Assembly: GCA_965645245.1 (NCBI GenBank)
Contig: OZ287088.1
Location: 868,001 to 932,000 of the forward strand
DNA length: 64,000 nucleotides
From: Massalongia carnosa
Lineage: Eukaryota
Reading direction: 5' to 3'
Shown: positions 25,759 through 37,599 of the stretch, piece by piece
Numbering within the stretch: position 1 is the stretch's first letter
Layout: every line of letters begins with the position of its first letter
Made by a program: the position numbers and the translations under genes
The notes under the pieces: generated by a model
Seen by the model: only the letters and a program-made list of their open reading frames with translations
Told to the model about the DNA's origin: nothing
Database searches by the model: none

Positions 25759-26520
25759 GTCTGAAACTAGTCTATTCAGACTTTTAAAAGTTATATAGAA
25801 TACTCAATTATTAGATAATCAGATATTTTGTGTTTTTTATCAACGAAGTTATCGATTATTCGAGTTTTTATCTCGAGATCAGAAGCGAATTACAAAAGTC
25901 CTTTCGATTTTTCAAAAATCGTGTCGAGATTGAAACAAGAAAGCGTATCAGGATTCTGCGATGTGTTCTTGACGAAGCGAGAAAGTGAATAGATTTCTAC
26001 AATTGCGCCACCTGTCCTCCCTTGCCTCAGTACCTCAGACGTGCGTGGCTCAATGAGCCGGCTAAGCCCCTCCGGGTTAGCCTATTTTCGCTAAGCCCCT
26101 TCGGGTTAGCGTCGCTGCTGACTAACATCAGTGCGATAGCACGTCTGAGCGCAAAACTCAAAATTACGGTCAGATCCGCGTAATAAAAATTTTAGCAGTG
26201 CAACCATTCCTTTTATGGATTTAATACAATGATTAGGGTCGTATTAGTTTACCAGAGACTGTATTTTATACCAAAAACGCACCTCTCAAGATGGATGACT
26301 CGATAATCATGTGTTATAACTACTGTCAGGCTAAGAAAAGCGATGTGAAAGTCGATTAAGTGATAAATTGTTCGCTTTCGCTCAATTTTGAGGTTGATGA
26401 ACTGATTATTTTCATGTGGCGCGATTACATTGAGTTACAAAGATCATGATGATATGAATAACGACGGCCAATCAATGGTATTGTATGATTTATCTAGATT
26501 GAAGCTATCTGACGAAAGCC

Positions 26521-29199
26521 ATGGCTCTTGTCGGGGGCCCCTCCTCGCCACTTACCGACCTACGGACAAGTCCCTTGACTCCCGCCGGTGCGCTCAAGCG
26601 GCCCCACCCATCGCCGTCAGGCAGTAATGATAGCTCACCCTCTTCCTCCTCCCCTCCTGCCTTACCTGAAAAAAATGGAGGCGCGAAACGCCACCGCCGG
26701 CGCATATCAGATTACGACAAGCTGGTTGAGGTGCTTAAATTTCTGAGCTCTCTAAATTGGTCGGTAAAAGATTTTTTATCAACACTTTGTAAGAATCGAG
26801 CCCGTCATAGTATGCGAAAGGCGCAAGGCCAGCTCTTCGATTTTGTCTATGTCGATATTGTGCGGCAAGAAGACTTTTCAAGCCTCATTGGGCCTGGTAG
26901 AATATCCACTATCCTTCGCGAGAGAGGATGGGTTTGGGCCGCGGATGTGCTTCGTGAAGAAATCAAAGCTTTGGCAGATCACGCAGCCTTTGGCCCTTTC
27001 CAGCCGCCCTCTGCGACAGTCGAGTTTGGGACCTTGGAGGCTATTAAACTTGCTGCATCTGCCGCCAAGCAGTTGGCGCCACGATGGCTTGAGCTAATTG
27101 ATAGTGTTTGTCGCGAGGCTCGCCCGCAGGAACCTCTCGATGTGACATTGGATTCTCCCAGCGGCCGGCACACCGTTATATTGGCAATGCTTTGTCACAA
27201 ATTGCGACCAAATAAGGCGACCAATATTCAGTCCGTCTTAGGCCTTTATATTTATCAAGGTGGGGCGAGGCGGCGAGTTCTAGATACACTCTGTCATTTT
27301 GACCTGACGATGTCATATACTACCCTGCAGCGGCGCATGTTGTCCTTGATTAAGGAGGCCGAACGAAAGGTTCAGATGCTAGGACAAGGCTCAAACATGA
27401 TCTTGACATACGATAACTTTGACTTCGCAGAAGGTAAACGAGGAGAGCGCACGGGGGATAATAGAGACGTCAGATCAATCACTACCGCTCTAATTTTCCA
27501 GGGGCAAGGATTCGATGCCGGCGCTTTGAGGCAGGATATGTGGCGCCCCGCCACGCATCTTTTATCAGCTGAAAGAATTGCGCGAAAGCTGGAGACTGGT
27601 GATCTCGAGATGCAGGTGAGTTCAATACAGGACGAGGTGTATATACCGCGCTCAATCGCTAATGCACCGCGTACCTAGATTCGTCTTCATCATCTAGAGT
27701 CAGCGATTCGAGCGCTTTATGGCCCAGAGATCGGCGACGTTCAACTTCCTTGGTCGACTGCAATGCCCGTGCTGAATAAGATGAAAAAATACAAGACCAA
27801 TTACATTCCTATCAAACCAGTCATGAAGGATGAGAGCACAACATCTAATAATATTCAAATATTGGAGGATATATTTGTGCGACAGTTCAAGTTCAAGGAG
27901 GATGACTCGACGTTTGCGAGCGTCATTCGGCTTATCTATGGTGACCTCAAGACATGGTCGAGAATGCAATCTGTCAAGGAATTACGTCGTGGGATATCGG
28001 AGCAATCTTTCGATCGGTTCGACTGGATTTTACCGGGATTAGGGTTATGGCATCTTCGCTTTAACATGCTGCAGCTTATTCATAAAATACATTGGGGAGA
28101 GGCCCAGCCGGTTGATCCTTCGACTCTTCAATATGCCGCCGATCGGTGGGGCCGCGCTCGTGTCGTGCAGCCGAACGATTTCCAGGCCTTAGAGGATCTG
28201 ATCATTCAGAGCTATCAAGCTAGAATCGTTGGGACGTGGATTAGGTTTTTACGAAAGGATGGATATGCTCCGCAGCGAATCGAAGCAACTATTTCGTGGC
28301 TCACAGCGCAGACTTGCGGGCAGGATGGCACCTGGATGAATATGTTGGGCAGGATATCTCGCAAACTTCACGCGGAATTACCCTCAACGTCAATAGATAT
28401 GCTTCCTCCAACGCTTGATCAACAATTTCAGAATCATCAGAACTTCTGTGATCACGTTGAATCGTATCTAACACTTCGATACGCAATCAAATATGCGGAT
28501 ATTGGACTACTTCGTCACGCATTGCGCCACGCAACGGTGATCTTTCAGGCAAGCGTAGCTGGCACCCCGAAATATGCGCAAGCTCTTCTATACACCCTTC
28601 ATGCGATTGATTCTTCCGCAGCGACCATAAGGCTACAGGAAAGTATTTTAATGAATAGTCTTGTCAATTTACGCGGTGACGAAGAGTCGAGTTTTGAGAC
28701 TGATCGGCTTTTAGAGATACTAAACAATAACCTCAAGACGTTCCAGCACGAGCGATCTTATTTTTCAAAGTATAGTGACACCTTGCTCGAGAACTGGGCA
28801 CTCAACGGTCCATATCTTATGAAGCTCAAAGAAATCGTTGAGTTTTACTTTGGAAGAGTCAACTCTTCAAGGCATCCAGCAAAATCGGCCGCAGAGGATG
28901 TGTGGGGCATGGCTACGGCACTAGCGCATAAATCACTCTGTAAAAGAAGCTATGATCGATTTTCAACTAATCCAACAGCTAATCTTTATGTTGAGGGATT
29001 GAAGAAACTTGGAGAAAATGTATTAAAATACAATCAGCAGTATCTTTCCGAAGAAATTTCAAAAGAAATTTCAACAGACGACCTTGAGGGTAAGTATGAA
29101 GCCGAGCCCGATTTTGTCAATGAAACAAAGCAGGTCCCCGACAGCCCTGTCATTTCAATGGCCCGTCTCGAGATATCCGGCGGTATGTTTTTTGATTAA
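26521..29199 (+). CDS. Putative DDE transposase, DUF6589/Academ-like, 871 aa (exons 26521-27615 and 27679-29199)
   Basis: 63-nt intron GTGAGT...GCTAAT...TAG joins two ORFs in frame; motifs LTYDNFD, IYGDLKT, GLGLWHLRFN, LRYAIKYADIG, DRLLEILN. Confidence 0.8.
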
Positions 29200-29258
29200 A
29201 TCATCGATACCACGAGATAGCCTAGTCATGTAAATCCGCGCCGCGCGGCTTTACAGAG

Positions 29259-31434
29259 TCAGAGGTAGCGGACGGGGCACTTTCTTTCTTGTCTAGATCG
29301 TGTCGGAGGAAGGGCCATGGGTACATTCAGCGACAACGCTTCCATAGGATCTCGAGGCGCTTTTTTGGTCTTTGATGCCTTCATCGATGATTTAAGAGCA
29401 TCAACATTGTCAACAACGAGCGCCGCATCGGAGATATTGTGATTAGGCGCAGGATTCTCGCCCGATGGCTCCGTGCTCTCGCTTTCCTTCGAGACTTTCT
29501 TCTTGACCGCATTTCGCTTTTTAAAAACCTTTCTCGACATATATCCTTGTTTGATCATCCAGTTTTTCCTCCGTTCCTCAAATTCAATACTGGCGGAGTT
29601 GCATGTTAGGCTGGGTAATCGTTTTCTCTTTATGTCGTTGTGTCGTTTCCATTCCTCGAACATGTCTCCCTCGTCTAATCTCATTGCTTGACCCCGCTTT
29701 AAAATTTCTAAAAGCTCGGCGCCGTAGGGCCTAATACCAGTCCATGTGTTACCAATCCATCGCCGCATGGTGGGCTCGTCCACAATCTGATCCGCCCAAG
29801 TGGTCAAAGAATTCAGTACCTCATCGGGCATTATCAATGATGGGAAGTATCGCATATGTGAATTTGGGAACTTTTCCTGCGCCTTGGCCTCCCTCCATTC
29901 TCGAAGTTTAAGGGTGAACCAAGGCCGCCTAGACGAGTCACGCTCGGCCGTTCTATTTAACATCTCATTGGCGGCTGTTGATGTCTGAAAACTTGGATCG
30001 CAAATTGAACAGCAAGGTTGCGGCTTAACATAGGCCGACGTTGGATACACTTTATCATTGAAGAAATTCAAGCCAATACCTCGAACGCAACCATCTGAAG
30101 GCACATTGATTATCTCCCAAAGACCCGGTGGCATATCTCGTCGCCGATCAGCATCCTTTTGATTGATGCGGCGTTTACTGGCCTTGGATTCAATCTCGAT
30201 TCCCGCGTCATATCCGTCCTGTTCGTCCATTTTTGATCCGCTTCTTGGACCCATGCACCAAGAAGGATGCAAAAGAGTAAAATGCGCCTGTCCTCGACCG
30301 CAACGCAAAGCACGACCTAAACGTTGGTATAGCTTCGCCATTGACGAGGGTAGCAGCCATTGCGTAACTCTCATAACGTCTGGATTATCAATACCAAGCC
30401 CGTATGCATCCGTTGCGATCAGGATTCGAGGAAATTTACATTGATTCGAGGGCATTTCGAAGCGAGCCGCAATCCTTTCTTTGTCTTGGGTGGCCATGTC
30501 GGAAAAGAAAGGCGCGACCCAACTAGCAGCCTCAATTGGATAGGACAATTGATTCATCCATACTTTCATTAGCGCACACGTCTTTTTGATAGCTGAAATT
30601 GAATCCATGAAGATAATCGTTTTCGGAATATCAAAAGGACTCTCAGCCCGTGTTGGTAAAAGATGTTGAAGATCGATCATGCTGTTCATAGGCCGCTGTA
30701 GACTGCTTGTCTGTATGTATATCTCTGGACGATCAAGCGCTGTTTGAATAACAGTACTTTCGTTATCAAAGCCACAGCGATCTTTAACGCTCTCTAGGGT
30801 TCTTGGATCCAGCGTTGCAGACGCACCCAGAAAAGGAATACCATCTGGTAATCGTGTACGAAGCACACCGAGATTGAAGTATTCGGGCCGGAAATCTCGC
30901 CATTCGGATACAAGATGCATCTCATCAAGAGCTAAAAGACATAAATTCAAGAAGAAACTTGGATGCCTCAGAACCTCCTGATTAAACAGCTTTGACGTCG
31001 CTATCTCTGGGCTAGTAAAAACTATTCATATTAACGAGTAAGTTTTTATATTTATCTCAATCATAATTTGAATACACACCATGCGTATAATTGTTTTCAC
31101 GAATTAACTTTAAATTAGAAGAATTATTACTATCACCGTCCAACACGAAAGGCTTGCATCCCTCGATAACGTTCAATTTCTTGCACTGTTGAGCTTCTAA
31201 GGTCTTGAGAGGCATGATAATTAAAGCGATCTTAAGACAAGAGAACATTAATGGCATAGCTTGAAAGATAATACTCTTTCCAAATCCAGTCTTGGCGATA
31301 AATATCAGATCCTTTTGATCTTGTGCTAAAGTCATGATAGCGTCAACTTGCTCATTCTTTGGATAAAAGCCGAATTTACTTAAAATCACGGTCGTCACCT
31401 GCTCGCGAGTTATCGACGCTATAGGATCGTCCAT
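29259..31434 (-). CDS. RecQ-like superfamily 2 DNA helicase, 705 aa (exons 31434-31080 and 31021-29259)
   Basis: 58-nt GT..AG intron restores THVFTSPE; AKTGFGKS, DEMH, SATL, ATDAYGLGID, YQRLGRALR; Cys cluster C...CCSIC; HRDC-like LREWR...IMPD. Confidence 0.9.
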
Positions 31435-32633
31435 TTCGATGTGTTCGCGAGCGATATTCGACGATTCGCGAGTTGGATTCTTAGCCCGCAAAACGCACAT
31501 CAAGCAAGTTCATCACATTCAACGATTTTAGGCTTTCGAAAACAACGCTCGGAGGATCAGATTAATGATCAGAAGCGCCGACAATGAAAAACTGGAGCTA
31601 GTGACCCGTTGAGTCTGCTGTGGTGGTGTCGAAATTTCGAGTCAAAGTCGAGTCCTCGTCGCGAGATCGATATTGCGACTCAATTTTGCATCGATATGTA
31701 ATTAAAATATTGATTAATCGATAGAATGTATATCAAAGCATCATTTCTATTATTACATAATTTATGAAATGTCGTTGCGCGTTGTTGATTCCGCCGTCAA
31801 CTTGATTCTTGATGATTTTTGAGGTTAAGCCAAAAATTTGTATGAGCGCGCACCAAAATAAGCCGGATCTGACAAAAATACGTGCCGCCCGTAGCATGCG
31901 TAGTCAGCTAAAGGGCCGCTAACCCGAAGGGAATTAGCGACGCTAACCCGAAGGGGCTTAGCGAAAATAGGCTAACCCGGAGGGGCTTAGCCGGCTCATA
32001 GAGCCACGCACGTCTGAGGTACTGAGGCAAGTCCTCCCGACTAAAAGGCACAATACTTAGTCAGCAGAATAAGCTCTATTCTCCTATAATTGAGACTCCT
32101 GTTATAGTCGCTAAAGGTGCTGCCGTCCGCACTACAAATGGTCGAACCGTTATAGTGATAACGCTTTGTAATATAAAATACAAACTAAAACGATATTATC
32201 GAAAAAAATAATGATAAAGTATTTATACTCACGAGTAGAAGAATGTTGCTAAAAAGATTCAACAAAACGCTGTTGAATGATATCAACGATGAAGAAGTAA
32301 TCTGAATTGTTTAAATTATTTTCAGAGGACGCACTATTGACCGTAAAATATCTGAAGAATATACTTTCGTCGAAGCGATTCGATATGAAGATTTCGTAAG
32401 AGATATGATATTAGAAGAAGTCAGAAATAAATCATATAAGAATTTATGAATTTCTCGTAAACGTAAACGTTTTTAGCGAAACTCGTGCGAAGATAAATAA
32501 AATATTTCATAAAAATATTATCGTTAATGATCGATCATTTAGTCAGTATAAGATGTAAAAGTCTAATACGAAAACAATGAGAATACATATTTCAATAAAG
32601 TTTTTCCAAGATTAATCAGAAGACGCTTTATTG

Positions 32634-32762
32634 TATAACGGTTCGACTAAGCGTAGTGCGGACGGTAGGACCTACAGCGAACATAGCAAGAGTCTCAGTT
32701 ATAGTAGAATTGAGCTTGGTCTGCGGACTAAGTATTGTGCCTTTTGGTCGGGAGAGGGATGA
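32634..32762. mobile_element. Left part of an LTR D copy, truncated at LTR A
   Basis: Matches about 2446-2570. Confidence 0.7.
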
Positions 32763-33822
32763 TGTAATGGGGTACGAGACCAGTAAGCTAATCACGAGCG
32801 ACACTGATCTCGAAATGGGAAATGCTTAGCGTGAGAGGTGGAAGATAGCTACTACGTGCTAGTCTCCGAGAGTATACGTGATCCAAAGAACTAATGGATG
32901 TGAAAGTGCTTAGACCATGAGATCTCGTCCGAGACCCAAACGTAGGTTGTTCATAGAATAAAGACTAATTGCTAACGAATACAACAGGATTCGTTCTGGT
33001 ATTTATCCTACTCACCCCAAGCCTATAGCCTTGGGAGCCTTGGAACCTTAGGAGCCTTGCAACCCACATCTGACCTTATCGCCTTAAATCCAATCATCCC
33101 TCAGGATCTATCTACGAACTCGACATTCGCTGGATCATCTAGTCAGCCTCGAGCAGCCTTCTAGACCTTCCCATGCAAGGTAGAACAGTTCTACCTCCGG
33201 CTAGATCCCTCGCCACATTGCTAGCCCGCCTCTAAACATATAGTCTAGACGCCGAGGCTATGTAGCTTAATTTCGCCACCACTACCAACGTAGCGGTGGA
33301 AGGTTACCTCCGACTGAATCTCTGTCTACACTGCGGACCTGCCTCTAGACACAAGGTTTAGACCACAAGGTCATGTAGGTTCATTCAGCCGACATCACAA
33401 CCAGCGTAGCAATAAAGTTGGAAGCTGAAGTTTACACCGGGGAGGCCGAGCTCAAGCTGCGTCCAGCTAGCCGTGCCTCACGCTACAACTCTTGATGCAT
33501 CAAGAGATCGAGTAGCTCCGAGTAGGCCAGTAGATTCCATATAGAGTTCACGGCTAGTGTCCACAGGAGTTCGCCTTACACTCCATAGCAATCTACCACC
33601 GCAGCCTCGACAGGTGTTTGATCTGTAAGCAGTCTAGAACGTAGTACCAACTACTCCGAAGTCGTATAGCAAGGTGGCGTTGTGGCAAGATAGCGATGTG
33701 TCAAGGTGGCGATGTGGCAACCTCGACGGCTGTGCGACTTCGTACTACGGCTTGGCTCATGCTAGTTAATCCCGCAACCACCCTAGGCGATCACGTATCC
33801 TTCTAGCGCCATCCGTATTACA
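32763..33822. mobile_element. Solo LTR, family A, without matching TSD
   Basis: Closely similar to 449-1476; flanks GATGA versus GCCTT. Confidence 0.9.
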
Positions 33823-33825
33823 GCC

Positions 33826-34371
33826 TTCGCCGCACAACGGGTTGGGTTAAACCTGTCGGGTTCGGGTTTTCTAAGCGGGTTTCCGGGTTAAACCGTTCAA
33901 CCCTGTCAGTTTTTTCTGCAAATGAAATATGAAAATTTGACGAAAATATAACGTTTAAAGTGATAAAAATTTTGCTTACTAATTATCATTTCATGATAAC
34001 TAATTTTCGGAATTTTCAAATATGTACGCCGCGCAACGGGTTGGGTTTTCGCCACAAAATTGCTTTTTCGCCACCGGGTTTTTCTTTCAATACTCAACTC
34101 CTATACCAAAAATCATAGGGTTCGCCACAAACGGGTTTGGTTTTCAGTAGAGAATCCCGACCCGTTGCGCGGCGTATAAATATATTTAAAACCTCTAAAA
34201 AACACGTTTAAAATTGACATAATAAATCGACCGAGTCGAACGGGTCAAACGGGTTAACCCGGGAACGGTTCCCCAACCCAGCGGGTTGAGCCCTACAGGT
34301 TTCCCCAACCCGGTAGCGGATCGGGTTCGACTAGACAAAGCCCGACCCAACCCGACCCGTTGCGCGGCGTA
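33826..34371. mobile_element. hAT-type MITE, long form, containing a nested short copy
   Basis: Family TIRs at both ends; flanking 8-mers do not match. Confidence 0.8.
34025..34176. mobile_element. hAT-type MITE, short form, nested in its own family
   Basis: Perfect 16-bp TIRs; flanks CAAATATG/TAAATATA (two transitions). Confidence 0.85.
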
Positions 34372-34570
34372 ATTTTATAATTGATAAATCCGACTTTCTG
34401 CTTCTTTATTAAAAGGCTCGAAACGGAGCTTTATTCACTTAAAATATTTAGCATGCCTTGTTTAAAATTGGATTTTTTTCGTTTAATCCTGCTATAATTC
34501 TTCAAAACCTTCCTAGTATATCTCATTCTTCTACGCATCTGTAAATGACAGTTACGAGTTCGAATTATAT

Positions 34571-35127
34571 TGTGACGGTTCCACCAGGATGTGGAATTGA
34601 CTATCTACTGGGAAGCTATGCACTAGAAAATAACAAAGATACAGAAAGGAAACAAGCAAAGGGTGCCCTATCTAGGAATCTATATAGATAATCGCTTGGC
34701 CCGATCCAGCTGCTTGTGTCTTCATCGATAAGTGAACAGTTTGGTCAAAAAGTCTCTCTGCCCTTTGTTCCTTTCATCTATTTGTGTTTGCTTTAGAAGG
34801 TCGTTCCGATACGTCCCTTTTAGTCCTTTTAGACCTCTGTTGATTGTCCCTATGATTGCGAAAAGGGTTTGAGTAATGGAAGCGGTAAGTGCTCCGGCAG
34901 ATGCCGTACTTTCCTTTGATTGGTGGGTAGATGTGAGGGATAAAACGAGTTCAATTTCAATAGCCTAGTTCTACACCAAAATCTTCAGACGAAGTCCAAT
35001 AGCTTTACTCGGGCGGAGTTCTCTATAACCCCTAAAAAGTCGGTTCCTCGGCACATTACCTAATCGATGCTAGTCTGATGTCAGGTGACCTCAGGACCCT
35101 GACAGTAGATGTGGTTGAACCGTGTCA
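34571..35127. mobile_element. Probable solo LTR carrying a nested LTR
   Basis: Imperfect inverted termini TGTGACGGTTCCACCA / TGGTTGAACCGTGTCA; TSD weak. Confidence 0.5.
34932..35104. mobile_element. Short solo LTR (173 bp), Gypsy-related
   Basis: TG...CA termini; TSD GTAGA; ends AGGACCCTGACA like the LTR at 13250-13455. Confidence 0.75.
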
Positions 35128-35720
35128 GATAACTCCGTTTCAGTGGCATTTACTTCAGCAAATGCTGATCAACTGAGTAATTTGATCGAGCAATTGACTA
35201 ACAATGATTCAAATCAATTGATTCTCGATAATCTTGAAAAGGCCTGCAAATCCGCGTTGACAAGCAGTTATCTTCTCAGGATTACAAACGAAGAACTTCT
35301 TGTAGCTGCTCATCGTAAATACGAGAGAGCAAATCAAGCGAAGGGATATTATGATACTGCTAGAATTATCAGTTCGGAAGTTCTCGAGGAACGAGAGCCA
35401 GAACTAACTAGCAAAGAAAAGGAAAAGATTGATAAAAAAATGAACAAAGAGTTCAACCTTTTGATGAAATCTCTTAACAAATTCAGTCCCGATTTATTCA
35501 TGAAGTCAAAATAACGCAGTCCCATTAAGAAAGCTCTTCAAAGGCCTCCATGTTTCCTCCGTCTTCAGATTCAATCAAACTTCTCTCGCCCAGTCCTATC
35601 AAGAAGTGATCGTGAGGAAATTTATCGCCAAAAAAGACTTTAATAATTGAGCCGGAGGTGAATAGAATAATAGAAATGCGCATCAGTCGAAGTAATAAGA
35701 CAATAAATTCGTCGTAAATG
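35128..35720 (+). pseudogene. Possible 3' fragment of a pogo/Fot1-like transposase
   Basis: Charged coiled-coil ORF (NEELL...RK...ARII) resembling the C-terminus of the transposase at 46480-48411. Confidence 0.35.
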
Positions 35721-35755
35721 CTCGATTAAAGAACTCGAAACTCGCCTCGTACGTA

Positions 35756-36218
35756 TAGTACTAGGACATAAGTCTCCGCGAGAGGGTGGTTTTATACCAA
35801 AACCCGTCATGTTTATATATAGATTGATTCGTCTTCGCAGCCTGCGATTCTTTTATGATTTCAGTATTTTAATAATAATCGATTAATCAATCATAATTTT
35901 ATTCAACAACTGTTTTATTTGATGAATTGTTCTTGTTGATATAAAGTAAATATGGCACAATTTAAAAATGTTGATTTTCCCCGCAAAATTCAAGCGAAAA
36001 TCACGATTTTCAAATGATATATTAATTACACAGTTATAATATTACCACTTGATAATATAAAATAAATCATAGTTGATCAAAAGATACTTCTACTGCTTCT
36101 TGATAATACGTTTAATTCCAACGAATTTGTTGACTGAAAAGTCAATTTTATCGGTATGTAAACATGATTGGTTTTGGTATAAAACCCCCCTTTCGCGGAG
36201 ACTCATGTACTAGTACTG
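35756..36218. mobile_element. Tc1/mariner-type MITE (463 bp)
   Basis: ~63-bp imperfect TIRs starting (C/T)AGTACTAG; TA on both sides; AT-rich non-coding interior. Confidence 0.8.
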
Positions 36219-36506
36219 TAGGATCCTCCTTCTTCTAGCCAATAAAAAGTCTCTGTACGTATAAATAGTCCTTTTACATGTTTATTTGTCCTGAATTTAT
36301 CTGTCATAGATATTACTAGGACTTCAAGACTTATTCTAAAAAAAGTCCCTCCGATTCAACATAAGCAACGCCTTCTTGATTAACAGTATCGCTTTTTCGA
36401 ATCTTAAACTGAAAGACCTAGTTGATTAGAGAATATCGATTGTTCAAGGATAGTTAATAGGATAGTCTGCTGCTGTCAGACAGTTGGAAAGTGGGGTGGA
36501 AAAGAA

Positions 36507-37021
36507 TGTCAGGGCATAGAAGGAATAAGGGCTAAGCTAACTAAGCGGGGCTTAGTTCTACGGCTAGGCTTAGTCATATGGAAAGCAGTTGGTCTGCGTT
36601 ACGCGGCTGGTATCTACTGCCGAGAGTATAGTACGAGCGATCGAGATATACGAGGATGCTCGTACGACTAGTGAGCGGATGGTACGATACAGTCAGCACA
36701 GTGTCCACGATACAGTCAGCACAGTGTTTACGATACAGTCAGCACAGTGTCCACGATGCAGTCAGCAGAGTGTTTAGCCGGCTTATCCGGTAGGAGTAAT
36801 GGGCGGTCAAGATAGTTACAGTATCAAGGGCCCAGAGGGTCAAGGGCTTCGGTCCGGGTATATAAGGAGGCTGCTCGAGGGAGATGCAATCTTCAACGAT
36901 TAGTCTTCCGCTTTACCTACATACTTCTTTTAGTATATTAGTATAGCAAATCATTAGTGTCTTCACATTGTCACATATCCCTAGGCCTGGTGTCTGCTAA
37001 TCGCCAGGTCTGACTCTTACA
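36507..37021. mobile_element. Solo LTR, family C (515 bp)
   Basis: TSD AAGAA; inverted copy of 2983-3474 with one extra 23-bp internal tandem unit. Confidence 0.9.
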
Positions 37022-37599
37022 AAGAAGGAGGTGTAAAAAGATAAGGTTTAAACGTAAATACAAAGCTCAATTCCAGTTCTTTTGTTGCAGCCAATGCGTT
37101 ATATTTTAGATCAATAAATCTTCAGATTATTCCGAACCGACTTTAGCAGTTAGCTTGCGACTACTTGTAGTTCTGGTTGCATGCGAAGCTGAAAGGTAAA
37201 GGTTTTTCAGATTTTGATGGGGTGTTTAGTAACTAGCGTGTTGAAAATGAGGATGTATTGCAAATATAGATGAATGTGAGTAATCGGTGCAACCAGAAGG
37301 AATAAAAGTAGCCGTGATGTTAAAATCACGAAAGGCTTTTTTAACCTACAAATTTGTTAATTAAATAAAGCTATAATAATATTTGAATTCTATTTACCTC
37401 CTGCGTTTTTTGCACGAAAAGACATCTAAAGATTAAAATCGCCGTGTATTAGTGTCATGCAGTCCTACAATAGCGTATTGTATTGCTGTTTTAGTTATCA
37501 AATCATGACTTCCGCATTGCAGTAGGCCTTCTTATTCCACTGCACAATTACCTCTGGATCGTACATGATCATCTCTTTTCTAATTCGACGATTTTTTGG

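Larger units (their letters stand above)
26022..32030. mobile_element. Intact helicase-encoding TIR DNA transposon (AcademH-like)
   Basis: 95-bp TIRs (26022-26116, 31936-32030, one mismatch); TSD GTCCTCCC (26014-26021, 32031-32038); two convergent intact genes. Confidence 0.9.

Noticed and set aside
29259..31434. Host SGS1, a telomere-linked helicase, or a Helitron helicase
   Set aside because: Enclosed by TIRs and a TSD together with a transposase-like gene; SF2 RecQ motifs rather than PIF1/Rep; no telomeric repeats nearby
26015..32037. Alternative boundary with a 6-bp TSD (TCCTCC) and CTTG...CAAG termini
   Set aside because: Formally possible because the flanking C and G are complementary, but the 8-bp perfect duplication is the longer match; other copies are needed to settle it
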